From contig JARDVH010000132.1 in NCBI GenBank assembly GCA_030324005.1, positions 49,039,890-49,102,079 of the forward strand: a DNA stretch of 62,190 nt, read 5' to 3'. Position 1 is the first letter of the stretch. Each line of letters opens with the position of its first letter. Position numbers and translations under genes: made by a program. This stretch comes from Negaprion brevirostris. Taxonomy: Eukaryota. Below, one piece after another: positions 1 through 13,329 of the stretch. The notes below the pieces were generated by a model. It was not told where the DNA came from and did not search any database. It saw only the letters and a list, made by a program, of their open reading frames with translations.

Positions 1-2209
1 GTGAGCCATTCAAAGTTATAAAATTATTTTTAAAAATTCTTAGATTAATTATTTTTAAATATACCTTGAAGACTACATTTTAGACAGTTAATCTAAAAAA
101 ATTGCTTAATGTTTGCCTGCTGAAACTTGTCTTAAAATACTGCAACATCTCATTATGTCTTTAAGATTAAGTGGCTCCAAAACTAACCATACTCTTCTCA
201 CTTCTATTTTGCAACAGTTCCATGTTGTTTTGAAATGGTTTTTTTTTAATGACCATTCCTATTTCTGGTTTGTATTTATTTCAGTTTGTATCAGTTTTTT
301 TTGCATAGTTTGTGAAGTGTTTTTCTGGATGCATGGGAAATGGGCGTGTAACAGGGTCTCTATCAATAGAAGAATGAACTGTGTTGCATTCCAACAATTA
401 AGGTATTGAGGATGATGAAGATGACCAAAAGCTTTATTACACAAGATAATCAGGACAGGTCAACCAACAAAATTGTATTAACCATCTACACAGCCTAATA
501 ATCTCAAAATTAAACATACTGGATCAGTGTAAATGCCCGTAAATCCCATTTTATGTTGGTGTGAGAAAAAGGCTATGGAACAGTACAAACAATACCTCCT
601 GACCAATTCACACAAGTATTACAAGATGCATTCTTTTCTTTGTCACTGGTGTTTTACATCTGTTGTGCCTCATTTCCAGGTCTAGTATTCCTCTCTGTTC
701 CCAAACCTACATATTTGGGAGGAATATTGCCAGTGATTCTGTCAGAGGGGTTTAGAAACTTCTTTACTTGAGATTAAATTTTTCCTTTGTTATATACTTA
801 TGTGTAAAAATTCCTCCACAGTTAGGCACATTCCATCCAATTAATCTATCTGCAGGCTTGTTTTAAAGAGGCACACTTGAACATGTAATCAAATCTAAGA
901 ATCATCCAAAGATGTGAGTGAGGGAGGAACCTTTTTAAAATTAATTTTTTACCAGAGCTTCCCATGTGAGGCAAGGTACAGTAGTTGAAGTTGCATATAT
1001 CTCTATTTAATAAAACTTTAAAATATGAATTAATAAAATAATGAATGCAGAACTTAATGCTCAACTTGTCAATTTGAGTAGCCAAATTCGCTGTCAATTA
1101 AAGCCAAGTTTAGAACTCAAGCCTCTGTTCTGCATTGAAAAGCTGCACTAATTTGGCATAGTGAGTTTCAGCCTTTTTTTTAATATATAACCTTGGAAGT
1201 ATATTTTGTTGAGTTAAATTTTCCATTTCCCTGTTGTTAGTATCCAGTGAGAGCATAATCCTTGGCACAAAAGAAATTGCAGAACTAGTATACCAATTCT
1301 CTGCCCATTTAAATTGTCCCAAGATTTTTAGGGCTTATGAGGGATAGTGCAGAGCTTATATTTGCAGTAATTACAGGCAATACCATAATGATGAGTATAA
1401 GACTGTTTATAACCCTCCCACATTCATTTCCTGTGATTGTATCCAGGCTCCCATTTCTAAAGGGGGCCCAAAAAGCTGGCAGTGGTTTCTGTGCCAGAAG
1501 CCTCTCTATTTAGAGGTTCTGAGGGAACCTTGAGGCAAAATGCAGAAGGGCCAATAGGTAAATGACCTTCCTTTGTTGGATCTATCAGTGTTGGATGATT
1601 TCTATATTCCATTTGCAAGAATGTCCTGAGAAGTGTAAGCCTTTGGTGGCCATGGTCACAGGTATAAAAGGCTTACACTTCTGTGGCCATACCCCATCAC
1701 TCAGTTGCCAGTACAAGACACTGCTGGAGACAGAACTGAGCCAGGGGTACAACTGGATCAAGCTAATGTCAAATTCTAGCATGCTACACATCAGCTGTCC
1801 TGTGCCAGCTCTGCATCTGTCCGGTTCTGAGAAAAAAACAGCCCCAAAATATCTTGGCAAGAGCAGCAAAGGTAATGGCACAAAAACTCAGTGTCCCAGA
1901 ATTATATGTGCAAATAGTATATTCCAGTCTGAAGTTATCAAAGCCAATATATATAGCTTAAAAATTGCAATCAATTTTGTGAAATTGTAATGGCAGCTAT
2001 AAATGAGCAGCAGCATGTGATCCTGACCACTAGATCGGCGTTTGAATGGTGGTGTTTACAGTGGAGTTGTACAGTTAATTTAAATAGTTAATTTACAGTA
2101 TTTCAACATGATGTCTGGTTTATTTTTAATATATAAACTTGAAATCTTCACTGTAGGATTTGACATGATGATGATTGTTCTGTGTTTCGTATGTGGAATA
2201 TCTGAATAA

Positions 2210-4595
2210 AAGAACAAAGAGCAGTACAGCATAGGAACGGCCCTTTGGCCCTCCACGCCTGCTATGTTGTCCTATTTAGACCAACCACTTGTAGCCCTCT
2301 ATTCCCCATCTGTTCATGTATCTATCCAGATCTTAAATGTTGCTAAGGTATCTGCCCCAATCACCCTCACTTGGCAGTGCATTCCAGGCCACCGCCACCC
2401 TTTATGTAAAAATATTTCCCCTGCACACCTCCACTGAACCCAACCCTACCTCTACCCCCTTGAAATTACAAAGGTCATTGAGTATCTTTAAAACCAAGGT
2501 AGATAGGTTCTTAATTAATAAGGGAATCAGGGGTTATGGAGAAAAGTCAGAAAAATGGGGATGAGAAAAATATCAGCTGTGATTGACTCTGCTCCGCCAT
2601 TCAATGGGCCGAGTGGACTAATCCTTATGGTCTAAATTGTCATTTCTGCCTTAGGGAAAAAGCTTCCAACTGTTCACCCAATTTATACCCCTCATAATTT
2701 TATAAACTTCTATCAGGTAACCCCTCAGCCTCCATCTTTCCAAGGAGAACAATCCCAGCTTATTCAATCTGTCCTCATAGCTAATACCCTCCGTACCAGG
2801 CAACCTCCTGGTAAACCTTATCTGCACTCTCTCTGAAGTCTCTACGTCCTTCTGGTAGTGTGGTGACCAGAATTGGACACAAATATGCCCTAACCAATGT
2901 TTTATATAACTGTAACATAATTTTCCAACTTTTATCCACTTCAGATCAGCATGATCTTATTGAATGGCGGGGCAGGCTCAAAGAGCTAGATGGCCTACTC
3001 CTACTGCTATTTCTTATGTTTGCCCCATCCGATAAAGGCAAGCATGCCACTTGTGCTGCCTCTTTTAAGGAACTGTGACCTGCACATCCAGTTCTGGATT
3101 AAGGGGAAATACGAAGACGTCAGGAAGTTAATTGGACAAATAAACTGAAAGGAGGCATTCTTGGGGAAAAGTACAGAAGGAAGGTGGCGGATATTCAAGG
3201 AATGTTTGTCTGGAGCTCTGCACGACAACGTTCCGATGAGACAAGGAGGTTTTGGTAGGTCGCGGGAACCNNNNNNNNNNNNNNNNNNNNNNNNNNNNNN
3301 NNNNNNNNNNNNNNNNNNNNNNNNNNNNNNNNNNNNNNNNNNNNNNNNNNNNNNNNNNNNNNNNNNNNNNGTTATAGATAGGTCTATGGATTGGTAGGTA
3401 TTGATGTGATCGGCGCAACTTGTGGGCCGAAGGGCCTGTTTGTGCTGGAGTGTTCTATGTTCTATCTCTCTGTGTGTCTATGCTCCTGATGAGTCTGCCA
3501 TTTATTTTATAGCTCCCACCTGAATTGGATCTAGCAAAATGCATCACCTCACATTTGTCTGGATTAAATTCCATCCAAGATTTCTCTGCTCAATTTTTCA
3601 ACCTATCTATATCCTGCTGTATTCACTGACAATCTTCATCACTATCCGCATCTCCAGCAATCTTAGTGTCATCCGCAAACTTGCTAATCAGATCAGCTAC
3701 ATTTTCTTCCAAGTCATATATATATTACAGACAGTAGAGGACCCAGCACTGATCCCTGCAGAACACCACTATTTACAAACCTCCATTCGGAAAAACACCC
3801 TTCCACCGCTACCCTCTGTCTTCTATGGCCAAGCCAGTTCTGAATCCGTCTAGTTAGTTCACCCCTGAGCCCCATGTAATTTAATCTTTTGCACCAGCCT
3901 GCCATGCTTTACTAAAGTCCATGTAAACGACACCCACAGCCCTTCCCTCGTCAACCATTTTTGTCACCACCTCAAAAAACTCAAATTAGTGAGACATAAC
4001 TTCCCTCGTACAAAACCATGCTTTCTGTCACTACTAAGATCATTCAGTTCCAAATGTGTATTAACACCATCTCTAAGAATTTTCTCCAACAATTTCAGTA
4101 TCACTGACCTCAAGCTAATTGGCCTATAATTACCTGGGTCATCCTTGCTACCCTTCTTAAATAATGGGACAACATTGACTATCTTCCAGTCCTCTGGAAC
4201 CTCACCTGTGGCCAATGAGGAAACCAAGATTTCTATTAAATGTCCAGCAATTTCATTTCTTGTTTTCTTCATTCTGGGGATTTGTGTACCTTAATGCTTT
4301 TTAATATACCTAACACTTCCTCCCTCGTAATGATGACTTGTTCTAAACGGCTTGCATGTCCCTTTGAGACACCACCAATCAACATGTCCCTCTTTGTGAA
4401 TACTGATGCAAAGTACTCATTAAGGATCTCACCCACTTCCTTTGGTTCTATGTATAATTTCCCTCCTTTGTCCTTGAGTGGACCAACTCTTTCTCTAGCT
4501 ACCTTTTTGTTCCCAATATATGCATAAAATACTTTGGGATTCTCTTTAATCCTATCTGTCAAGGACATTTTGTGACCCTTTTTTGTCTTCCTAAC
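2210..4595 (-). mobile_element. Cluster of CR1 LINE fragments, mainly - strand, with + strand pieces nested
   Basis: Minus-strand RT peptides EVPEDWKIVNVVPLFKKGSKDDPGNYRPISL and WIQNWL-like/GVLQGSVLGPLL; CR1-type 3' ends at about 2215, 2950-3020 and 3371-3465. Confidence 0.85.
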
Positions 4596-5169
4596 TAACA
4601 GGTTATTATTATGGCTACTTGCCTGAGTTACAAACCATTCCTTGTAACTTTGTATGAAAGTGATGTTACTTGTTTTTACCTTTTCCTTAATAACACACAC
4701 ACAATTTATTATCAAAACTTGCAATTACAACGGCCATGTTGTGGTGCATGTACTTTACAGGTAATTTGCCCTCCACATTCTGTCCCTTTGCTTCACTATT
4801 CTCTTCTGATCAATTTATGCAATAAGCCTCTGCTGAATGCATCAAAACTACTTCATTGGGCAGCAAGTACCATGTTTTCACCATTAAAGTTATTGTTGAT
4901 TTAATGCATTACCATGTGTTACGTTAACTGCTGGTTCTTGCCTCATTTCCTGCAGTACTTTCAACAGCCCTCATTACAGGTTTCTCCTTTCAACTGCCAT
5001 AATATTTTTGTCTACTGTTGCTGGTATGCTAAGAATTTTCTTAGCCAACAAATTATCACACCCCATCATTCTACTCCCGATCATTCGCAAAGTAATGGAA
5101 GGTGTCGTCAACATTGCATCAAGCAACACACAGCACTGACCTGCTCACTGGTACTTAGTTTGGATTCTG

Positions 5170-5750
5170 CCAGGTCCCCTAATTCTTGTCCTCATTACAA
5201 CTTCTATCCAGACATTGACAAAAGAACTGAACTCAAGAGGAGAGGTGAGAGTCACTACCCTTGATATCAAGGCAGCATTTGATGGTGTGTGGCATCAAGG
5301 AATCCTAGCAAGAATGAAGTAAATTGGAATCAGTAATTGGGGGAGGGGATCGGTTGTGGGGGAGTGGGAGAAGACAACACAGGGATGGATGCAGAGAAAG
5401 TCATACCTAGCACAAAAAAAATGGTTGTGGATGTCAGTCAATCGTCAAAGTCCCAGAACACCTTGGCAGAAGTTCCTCAGGACACTGTCCTAGACCCAAA
5501 CATCTACAGTCATATCATCAAGGATTTTTCTTCCATCATTTAAGATCTGAATTAGGGATGTTCACTGGCTGCACAATGTTCAGCACCTTTTATGACAACT
5601 CAGATACTGAAACAGTCCATGTCCATATGCAATAAAACCTGGACGGTATTCAACTCTGGGATGGTAAGTGGCAAGTAACATTCGTATCACACAAGTGCTG
5701 TGCAATGAACATCTCCAACAAGAGAGAATGCAACCATCTCCCATTGCCAA
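5170..5750 (+). mobile_element. Decayed non-LTR retrotransposon RT fragment (CR1/L2 group, second family)
   Basis: Translates ELKRRGE..LDIKAAFDGVWHQG..EVPQDTVLDP with stops. Homologous to the - strand copy at 49840-51170. Confidence 0.75.
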
Positions 5751-6029
5751 CAGTCACATGCCACAACCGTCTAATACACGCACAGACACACTTTTGGCAT
5801 CTATTCCATAGTTGAACTTCCCTCATTTGAAAGTTACTTGGCCCCACCCAATTCTTTGGAACTCCTCTTTTCCTCTGTGAACATAGAGAATGGAGTTCTC
5901 TGGTTAAACGCAACAGATTGGATATCTACAGCTTCCCTTGCCTTTTTTCCTTAAAAAAAATCAAAATCCACCAGTTTTCCTTTTAGAACATGTCTCCAAC
6001 CTCAGCAATTTTACCCTGGTGAGTATTTC

Positions 6030-7052
6030 CTGAAAGATTGGACGGGTGGCTAACAGTGAGGCGGAGTATCTTGGGCTACAAGAAGATATATATGGGGTGG
6101 TCAAATGGGCAGAAAAATGGCAGATGGAATTTGACCCTGAAAAGTGTGAGGTGATATACTTTGGAAGGAGTCATTTGACAGCAAAGTATTCAATGAATGG
6201 TAGGACACTAGGAAGTTCTGTGGGACAAAGGAACCTTGGTGTGTTTGTACACAGATCTCTGAAAGCAGAAGGGCATATTTATAGGGTGGTGAACAAGGCA
6301 TAGAGGACACATGCCTTTATCGATCTAGGCATAGATTACAAACNNNNNNNNNNNNNNNNNNNNNNNNNNNNNNNNNNNNNNNNNNNNNNNNNNNNNNNNN
6401 NNNNNNNNNNNNNNNNNNNNNNNNNNNNNNNNNNNNNNNNNNNTTCAATAAGATCATGGCTGATCTGAAGTGGATCAGTTCCATTTTCCCGCTTTCTCCC
6501 CATAACCCTTAATTCCCTTGCCTATCAGAAATCTATCTACCCGTGACTTAAACATATTTAGTGAGGTAGCCTCCACCACTTCAACGGGCAGAGAATTCCA
6601 GAGATTCACCACCAGATGGAACATTTAAGTTATGAAGAGAGGTTAGATAGGCTTGGGTCGTCTTCTTTAGCGCAGAGGAGATTAAGGGGTGACCTAAGAA
6701 GGGTAAACAAGATTATGAGAGACATGGACAGAATGGATCAGGAGCAGCTGTTCCTCTTAGTTGAAGGGTGAGTTATAAGGGGACATAGGTTCAAGGTGAG
6801 GGGCAGGAGGTTTGGGGGGATGTGAGGAAAAACATTTTTACCCAGAGGGTGGTGACAGTCTGACTGCAATGCATTCTGCCTGGGAAGGCTGTGGAGGCGG
6901 GTATTTGGATATATACTTGGCACCTCATAACATTCAGTGCTATGGGCCACTGCTGGCAGATGGTATTAGATGAAAGTTCAGATGTCTCTAATGTGTTGGT
7001 GCAAACATGATGGGCCAAAGGGCTTCTTCTGCGCTGTATGATTCTATGGTTC
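6030..7052 (+). mobile_element. CR1 LINE 3' portion with a nested - strand CR1 fragment (about 6444-6612)
   Basis: LQEDIYGVVKWAEKWQMEFDPEKCEV; RRLRGDL; FTQRVV; tail tatgattctatggttcta. Confidence 0.85.
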
Positions 7053-7773
7053 TAAAAGGTTAGAAGTGCTGCTGTTGGAATTAATGTGCACTGGTTCTTT
7101 CATTGCACTGGTCCTCTCATTACAGCTTTTCTGCTTCAGAATGGCTTCAGTGTGAACCATGGATAATTTAAGGACTCCTTTTGATCTCTTGTTAGAAGTT
7201 AGTTTTTAATAGTTTACTGCTTTCATTTTGGTTAATAGTTTAATGCCATGTTTAATAGGATTTTATATGATTCTAAATTATTTTTCATGAGTAAGGGAAT
7301 TTGTGATTAAAAAGCTTTTTTATTATAAAAGTAGCTTGAGCTTTTAAATTAAAATTGCTGATACTTAGAGCTTTAAAAGCCATTAATGCTTGATTGCAAT
7401 AATGATTAAGTTAATGTATGATTGTAAGTATAGTTTATTTTTATGGTATGTTTCTCAATAGCAAGTAAATACATTTTCATAATATAAAATTAATGTTTCA
7501 GCACTTGCTGGATAGCCCTGCTACAGAATTTATATTTTCTTTTTGCAGAAATTGGTCTTTGGCTACTGCAAGATTCTGGCAGTTCTGGCCATATTATACA
7601 CCTCCAAATTATCTTTACTGGGCTAGTTTGCACCAGTTCTTAACAAATTTAATAGGGGCCATGACTAGTCCTTGGTCAGTGCTGCTAATTAGAAAAAAGA
7701 GGGTGGAATTTATAAAGAAGAGTGCAGTTCCTAAATATGACATCTGCTTGCGTGTCTGTAGCTGTGACACGTG

Positions 7774-7858
7774 TGCTGGAACTCGACCGCCCAGAACTGG
7801 AGCAGGCGAGGGTCCGACAACGGAAATCTCCGTTGACCTTGAGCGGGAATTTCCAGTC
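7774..7858. mobile_element. Tiny CpG-rich MITE-like remnant
   Basis: Imperfect inverted ends gctggaactcgaccgc / gcgggaatttccagt in AT-rich context. Confidence 0.4.
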
Positions 7859-8184
7859 TCACTCATGCTAGGCTGTAAAGTCCTGCAAAGAATCTGAATG
7901 TAAATTTAGTGTGCGTGGTGGACATGTGTCCCACGTGTAATGATGTGGCGGAGCATCACTCTCAGCAGCCTCTTGCTCACCAGTTGCTGATTTGGGGGTT
8001 GTAATTGGTGCCAGAGAAAAACTAATAAGTACTAAGGACAGAAGGTGACATAGGTGCTGTGGCACTGTTAAGTTGTTTGCATGTATACAAAAATCACAAT
8101 ATACTTTTACTTGACAATTATGTACATTTGTTGGGATCTCACACTAATGAGTGAGAGCAGCTAATATGCTGCTCATACAATTAT

Positions 8185-9267
8185 GGGCTTGATATTGTGA
8201 CTAAGAAGCAAACAGATGGCTCATGATAGCTTCATTGTCTTGAGTGTCAATTCAAACCCAGTATCCAGGAGTGGAGGGGGTTGGGGCTGGGGTTGTGGTA
8301 GTGGCTTTTTTGCATCCCATGTGAGAATGGTCCACTCCCCTTGGCCTTCTAGAGGGTAAAGAACATATATAATGGTAACTCTGGGTGGAGGCTGGCTGAA
8401 GTGGGTACTGACAATTGGAGCAGGCAATTCCTTCAGATGAGGAAATGATAGTCAAGCAGGTGCATCACTCATAGTCAAAATGATTGAATGTCATGTTGCC
8501 CTGACAGCCCTGGCACATCACTGTATGACCTTGGCATCTGGGAGAGCTGCCATGAGATTTTTGCCCTCCTCTCTTCCACGATCTTCATCTGAGGACATTC
8601 GCAACCCTTCCATGGCCTTGATCGGCCTTTCTTCTCCCCTTTGCAGTATTATGTTGTACGCCACGTGGCAGCCAGTTATAATCCTGGACATCCTCTGAAG
8701 GATCACCCAGACTTGAAATATTAGCTCCAGTGTCTCTTCACAGTGCATCACCTAGATGAGATTTAAGCTTTAAAAAAGACACAGTGAACATAAGGAGAAA
8801 GCAGGTGAATTAGAACTAAATTAGGTGCAGTGAGAAATAAAGTGAGGGAAAGGATTTTTGGTTTCAGAGAGAAAGAAACAGTTAAAGTAAGAAAAATATT
8901 AACATTCTTAAAATCTCTAGCCCCAATTTACTACATGCAGGAATAAGGGTGAAGTTTAAATTATGCAATTTCTTGACTAGTAAGGCCGATTGGCTTTACA
9001 TTAACAATTGTCATGTCTTTGAAGGGATACTTGCACTACTTAAATTCTAGTCCAGACTTTTCAGTGGCGATTTAATCGTTCTTTTAGTGGACTGAGCCAG
9101 AAAATTCTTAAAAAATAACAGGTGCTTAGAGAGCACATGAATTGATTAAGCTCTGAACTTCGGAACTCGCAGCATTTCTCTTTATTCCCTGGAATTGCTG
9201 GCCATTTTTTGCAGTAATAGGACATGCGTTGTTAACATAACGTTATTTTTCCAGCAAGATCCAGCCC
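8185..9267 (-). mobile_element. Decayed PIF/Harbinger-like DNA transposon
   Basis: Imperfect TIRs GGGCTTGATATTG / CAAGATCCAGCCC. Minus-strand RMSRIITGCHVAYNIILQRG plus an acidic tail resembles the C-terminus of Harbinger (HARBI1-like) transposases. Confidence 0.55.
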
Positions 9268-10639
9268 ATTAATTTTATCTTGATCAACCCACACAACCAC
9301 TCAATAGAATAATTTCTTTTCAGACTGCAAAATACACAAATGGCCACTGTTATAGTCGCTAAATTAATTGAAAAGTTCTAATGAATAATTTGTGCAAAAT
9401 AGAAGAAATAAAAATGGTTGCTTTAAATTATTTTCCCCCTTATACATTTCTGTTTAAAACAGATTTGACAGAAATTGCTGTGTAGATGATATCCCTGAAT
9501 CATATCTGTTGTGTGCCAAAACTGGGCATTGATAAGAACCTTGGGTTTCTCAAACTTAACTTCATCCAGAACAAAATATAAAAGGCCGCTTCAGATCTGT
9601 CTGAAAATTGATTGTTTTTGCTCTCGTCAGAGCTCGAGTATCAGATGTGCTCCATGAAGATTGTTTCCTTGTCTAATGCAACCTGAGTGAATCTCCATCA
9701 TTATGATGTGTGTTCAGTTCCAAAGAGAAGAGCCCTTCAGATGCTGATTTCTCTGAAAGTAAAAAGAAGTGCTTAAAAAGTGGAACACATAAAGAGATAA
9801 TTAGTTTACATTAAAAGTACTTGTCTCCACAGTTACCTTCTCCTTTTAAAGGACCTACTCTATTTAAAATAAGCATGCACTGAATATTTGGGGAGAGATT
9901 TATTTTGATACAAAAATGGTATTTTGGTTTTCAATGTTCCTATGTAATGAACATGGTACAGCCAAGTGAGGTGAGTAGCTTCTTTCAATATATCAGCCTA
10001 TTCATCGACTGTTTTGCTTCTCTGTACCTATGGAATTCCTATCTGTGGAATTAGCTTATGTACTAGTCACCTGCTGACATCCCTGCTGAGCTGAGTTACT
10101 AACAAACAACATGTAATATTTCTTTTTGTTTCTCTCAAGAAAACCTTTCAAGTTCCTCTTGACAAAAGAGGAATTTGAACTCGGGGACCTCAGCATAAAT
10201 CGACAGATCACCCAATTGTTGATTTCTTCCTGCATGATTGGGTGAAATTATTTTTGTAATGAAAGTCGTTACTGTTTTCACAGCTCATTTACATTTATCA
10301 ATGTGAACAGGAGTAACTGGGCTTAATCAGACCAGTTGAGTACCAAAATAAGTCGGTACTCGGTTCTCCAATTGATGTAACCAAGCTCTTATGGTTTTGA
10401 AATGGTAAATAAGCAACTAAATTGGAGAAGGGAGAAAAATCCAAACAATTCCTTCTGTAACAGTAAAGTCATTCTATAATTCAAGTACTTCATTTTCAGT
10501 TTTTTTTTATATACAAGATAATTGTTGTTGGTGATAATTGAACATACTTAACACAGGCGTAACGTAGTCGCCACAGTCTTAGCTGACAGTAGGCTGTTTG
10601 GTGGTGGTTTAGCCTGAGGGTCACTACACCTCAGGCGAA

Positions 10640-11835
10640 ACCTGAAGGAACAGAATGTAAGGTTTCCAAATTTGCCGATGATACAAAGATAGATGGAAAG
10701 GCATGTTGTGATGAAGATATTGTGACTCTGCAACAGGATATGTATAGATTGGGTGATTGGGCAGAAACGTGACAAATGGAGTTTAATGTGGGAAAGTATG
10801 AGGTCATGCACTTTGGTAGGAGGAATGAAAAGGCAGATTATTATCTAAATTGAGAGAAACTGCAGGTGAATGGAATACAGAGAAATCTAGTTGTTGTAGT
10901 GCATGAATCACAAGAAACTAGCAAGCAGGTCCAATAAGTAGTTAAGATGGCAAACGGTACTTTGGTCTTTTTTGCAAAGGAGGTTGGAATTTAAAAGTTT
11001 GTAAGGTTTTGTTGCAATTATATTGGGTGTTGGTGAAGCTTAACCTGGACTACTGCATATAGATTTGGTCCCCTTACCTTAATGAGGTTATTGGAGGCAA
11101 TCCAAAGAAGATTTTCCACTGAGGCTAGAGGAGAAAAAAAAACAGAGGGCATGGGTTAAGGGTGAAAGGAGAAAAGTTTAAAGGGAATATTAGGGGGGGC
11201 TTCTTCNNNNNNNNNNNNNNNNNNNNNNNNNNNNNNNNNNNNNNNNNNNNNNNNNNNNNNNNNNNNNNNNNNNNNNNNNNNNNNNNNNNNNNNNNTAGGC
11301 AAAAAATGGTTCGGCACAGACAAGAAGGGCCAAAAGGCCTGTTTCTGAGCTGTAATTTTCTATGGTTCTAAGATTCACCAGACTCATTCCTGGGATGAGA
11401 GGATTGTCCTATCAAGGAAACTAAATATCCTGGGCCTGTATTCCTTGGAGATGAGAAGAGTGAGGGGTGACCTTATTCAAACATGTATGATCCTGAAGGA
11501 GCTTGATAGGGTAGAGACATTTTCATTTGCGGGAGAGTCTTGAACAAGGACAATAGCTGCTAGATAAAGGACTGGACATTTAAAACTGAGATGCGAAGAA
11601 ATGTTTTCACGCAGACGGTTGTAAATCGCTGGAATGCTCTGCCCCAAAGAGTTGTGGAGGCTGGATCATTAGAAGTGTTTAAAATGGAGGTGGATAAGTA
11701 TTTGATAGAGCAAGGAATAGAGGGCTATGGGGAAATGGCACAGAAAAGTTGAAGCCGGCATAGATCAGCCATGGTCATATTGAATGGTGGAAAGGTTCTA
11801 GTGGCCTACTCCTCCTTCGATTTCTTGTGTTCTTG
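10640..11835 (+). mobile_element. CR1 LINE 3' portion interrupted by a younger CR1 3' end (about 11118-11370)
   Basis: KFADDTKI RT motif, LQQDMYRL, RRVRGDLI, CR1 3' UTR ending ttcttgtgttctt. Confidence 0.88.
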
Positions 11836-12525
11836 AGTTTGCTACTTAGTGAGCTGAATATGGTGCACTGTAGACCTTGGGAGCTAGTCTGTGCAAACAA
11901 ACTTTTGAAAAGCAGGTAGATGTTGTATTCCTCTGAAAACAAATGTTTTTGCTTTTCAGTGCTTCAATTTGTTTGTGAAATCTGCTGGTTTTACATTTAG
12001 GGTTTTTGTTTAGTTGCCAGCGTAATCTTTATTGTTGTGGATATTTATGTGGCATTGTACATATTTGTAACAAGAGAAGCCCATTCAACCCTTTGAGCCT
12101 GTTGCACAGGGTTATTGGCAAAGTTTGAGCTATTATCTTTTTGGTAAGTTAAAAGATTTCTGAGGAGCTACCAAATACAACTGCAATGACACCCAAAACA
12201 AATATTTTCACTGGTTACAACATATGTTTACAGACACCTCCCCAGATATCTGGATATGTCAGGGGCGATCAGTCTTCATTGCCTTTCCTACTTCATGTTT
12301 ATGCTTTCACACTTTTAACAACTGCTTCAAGATGATCTGTAAAAAGCATTTTGAAGTTATTAGGAAAAGCTTTTCCAATGGAAGTTACCAAGGCATGAAA
12401 CCCTCATAGTCTTGGATTTGCCATTGAAGATAAGCAGTGGTAATGCTTTTGCCCCTATTTGTTAGCCTAATTGTCTAAAAGAAATGTATCTCAATCTAAT
12501 GGATGGATTCTGACAAAAGATTGGT

Positions 12526-12824
12526 ACAGCAAGAAGTCTCACAAAACCAGGTTAAGGTCCAACAGATTTACTTGGGAGCACAAGCCACAAGCTTTTGAAG
12601 TGCTGCCCCTTCATCAGGTGAGTGGGAGAATCGAGTAACAAATTGTAAATTCAGTTTGTGTCTTTATATGCCCTGTATGTGAACAGAACTTCCATTTACC
12701 TGATGAAGGGGCAGCACTCCAAAAGCTTGTGGCTTGTGTTACCAAGTAAACCTGTTGGACTTTAACCTGGTATTGCGAGACTCTTGCTGTGTTGACCCCA
12801 ATCCAACACTGGCATCGCCACATC
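12526..12824 (+). mobile_element. Palindromic non-autonomous Penelope-like element with two inverted minimal hammerhead motifs
   Basis: Inverted arms of about 100 bp (12526-12628 and 12686-12790). CTGATGA at 12700-12706 (+) and 12611-12617 (-). Flanking direct repeat aaa(g/a)attggtaca. Confidence 0.65.
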
Positions 12825-13329
12825 AAAAAATTGGTACACAGAGTATGGTCCAAGGAGAGAGATGATTAGTTTTTTGTGAAGATTCAGGTGCTGGATTTTT
12901 TTAAAGGCTCTGTTAACAGTGAAAGATGTAGTGAATTGACTTGTTTTATTTCGGACATTGTTCATTGTTTTACAATGTAGTGGAACTTGCTAAAACTATC
13001 AAAGTGCCAGCAGAGTTTTCAAAGCAGATTGTTTTATTTGGATGGCCTGGAGCCTACTCAGTGAGATAGAAGCTATTAATAAAATTATTTATGTTTTTAG
13101 CTTTGTGACCCCTGTAGAGACTGATATTTTTATCAAAAAATTAATTTTCAGTGACTGACAGTAAGACCACACGAGATTTAAAGTTTCAAGAATAACTGGA
13201 ATAAATGTGCTAAAAATGACATTGTTCTAGAACTATTCAGTTGGCAATCTGTACTCTAAATTACAGAAGAAATCCTTAATCCTTTTAAAACATCCAAAAG
13301 ATCCCTGAATGATACTGCTTTATTCTGTT

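Noticed and set aside
2024-2041. CTCF-like ccactagatcggcg
   Set aside because: An extra base disrupts the fixed-length core.
7493-7897. 134-aa ORF and the ttttgcag acceptor at about 7548 as an upstream TBC1D5 exon
   Set aside because: No similarity to the TBC1D5 N-terminus, no good donor, and it runs into a MITE-like remnant.
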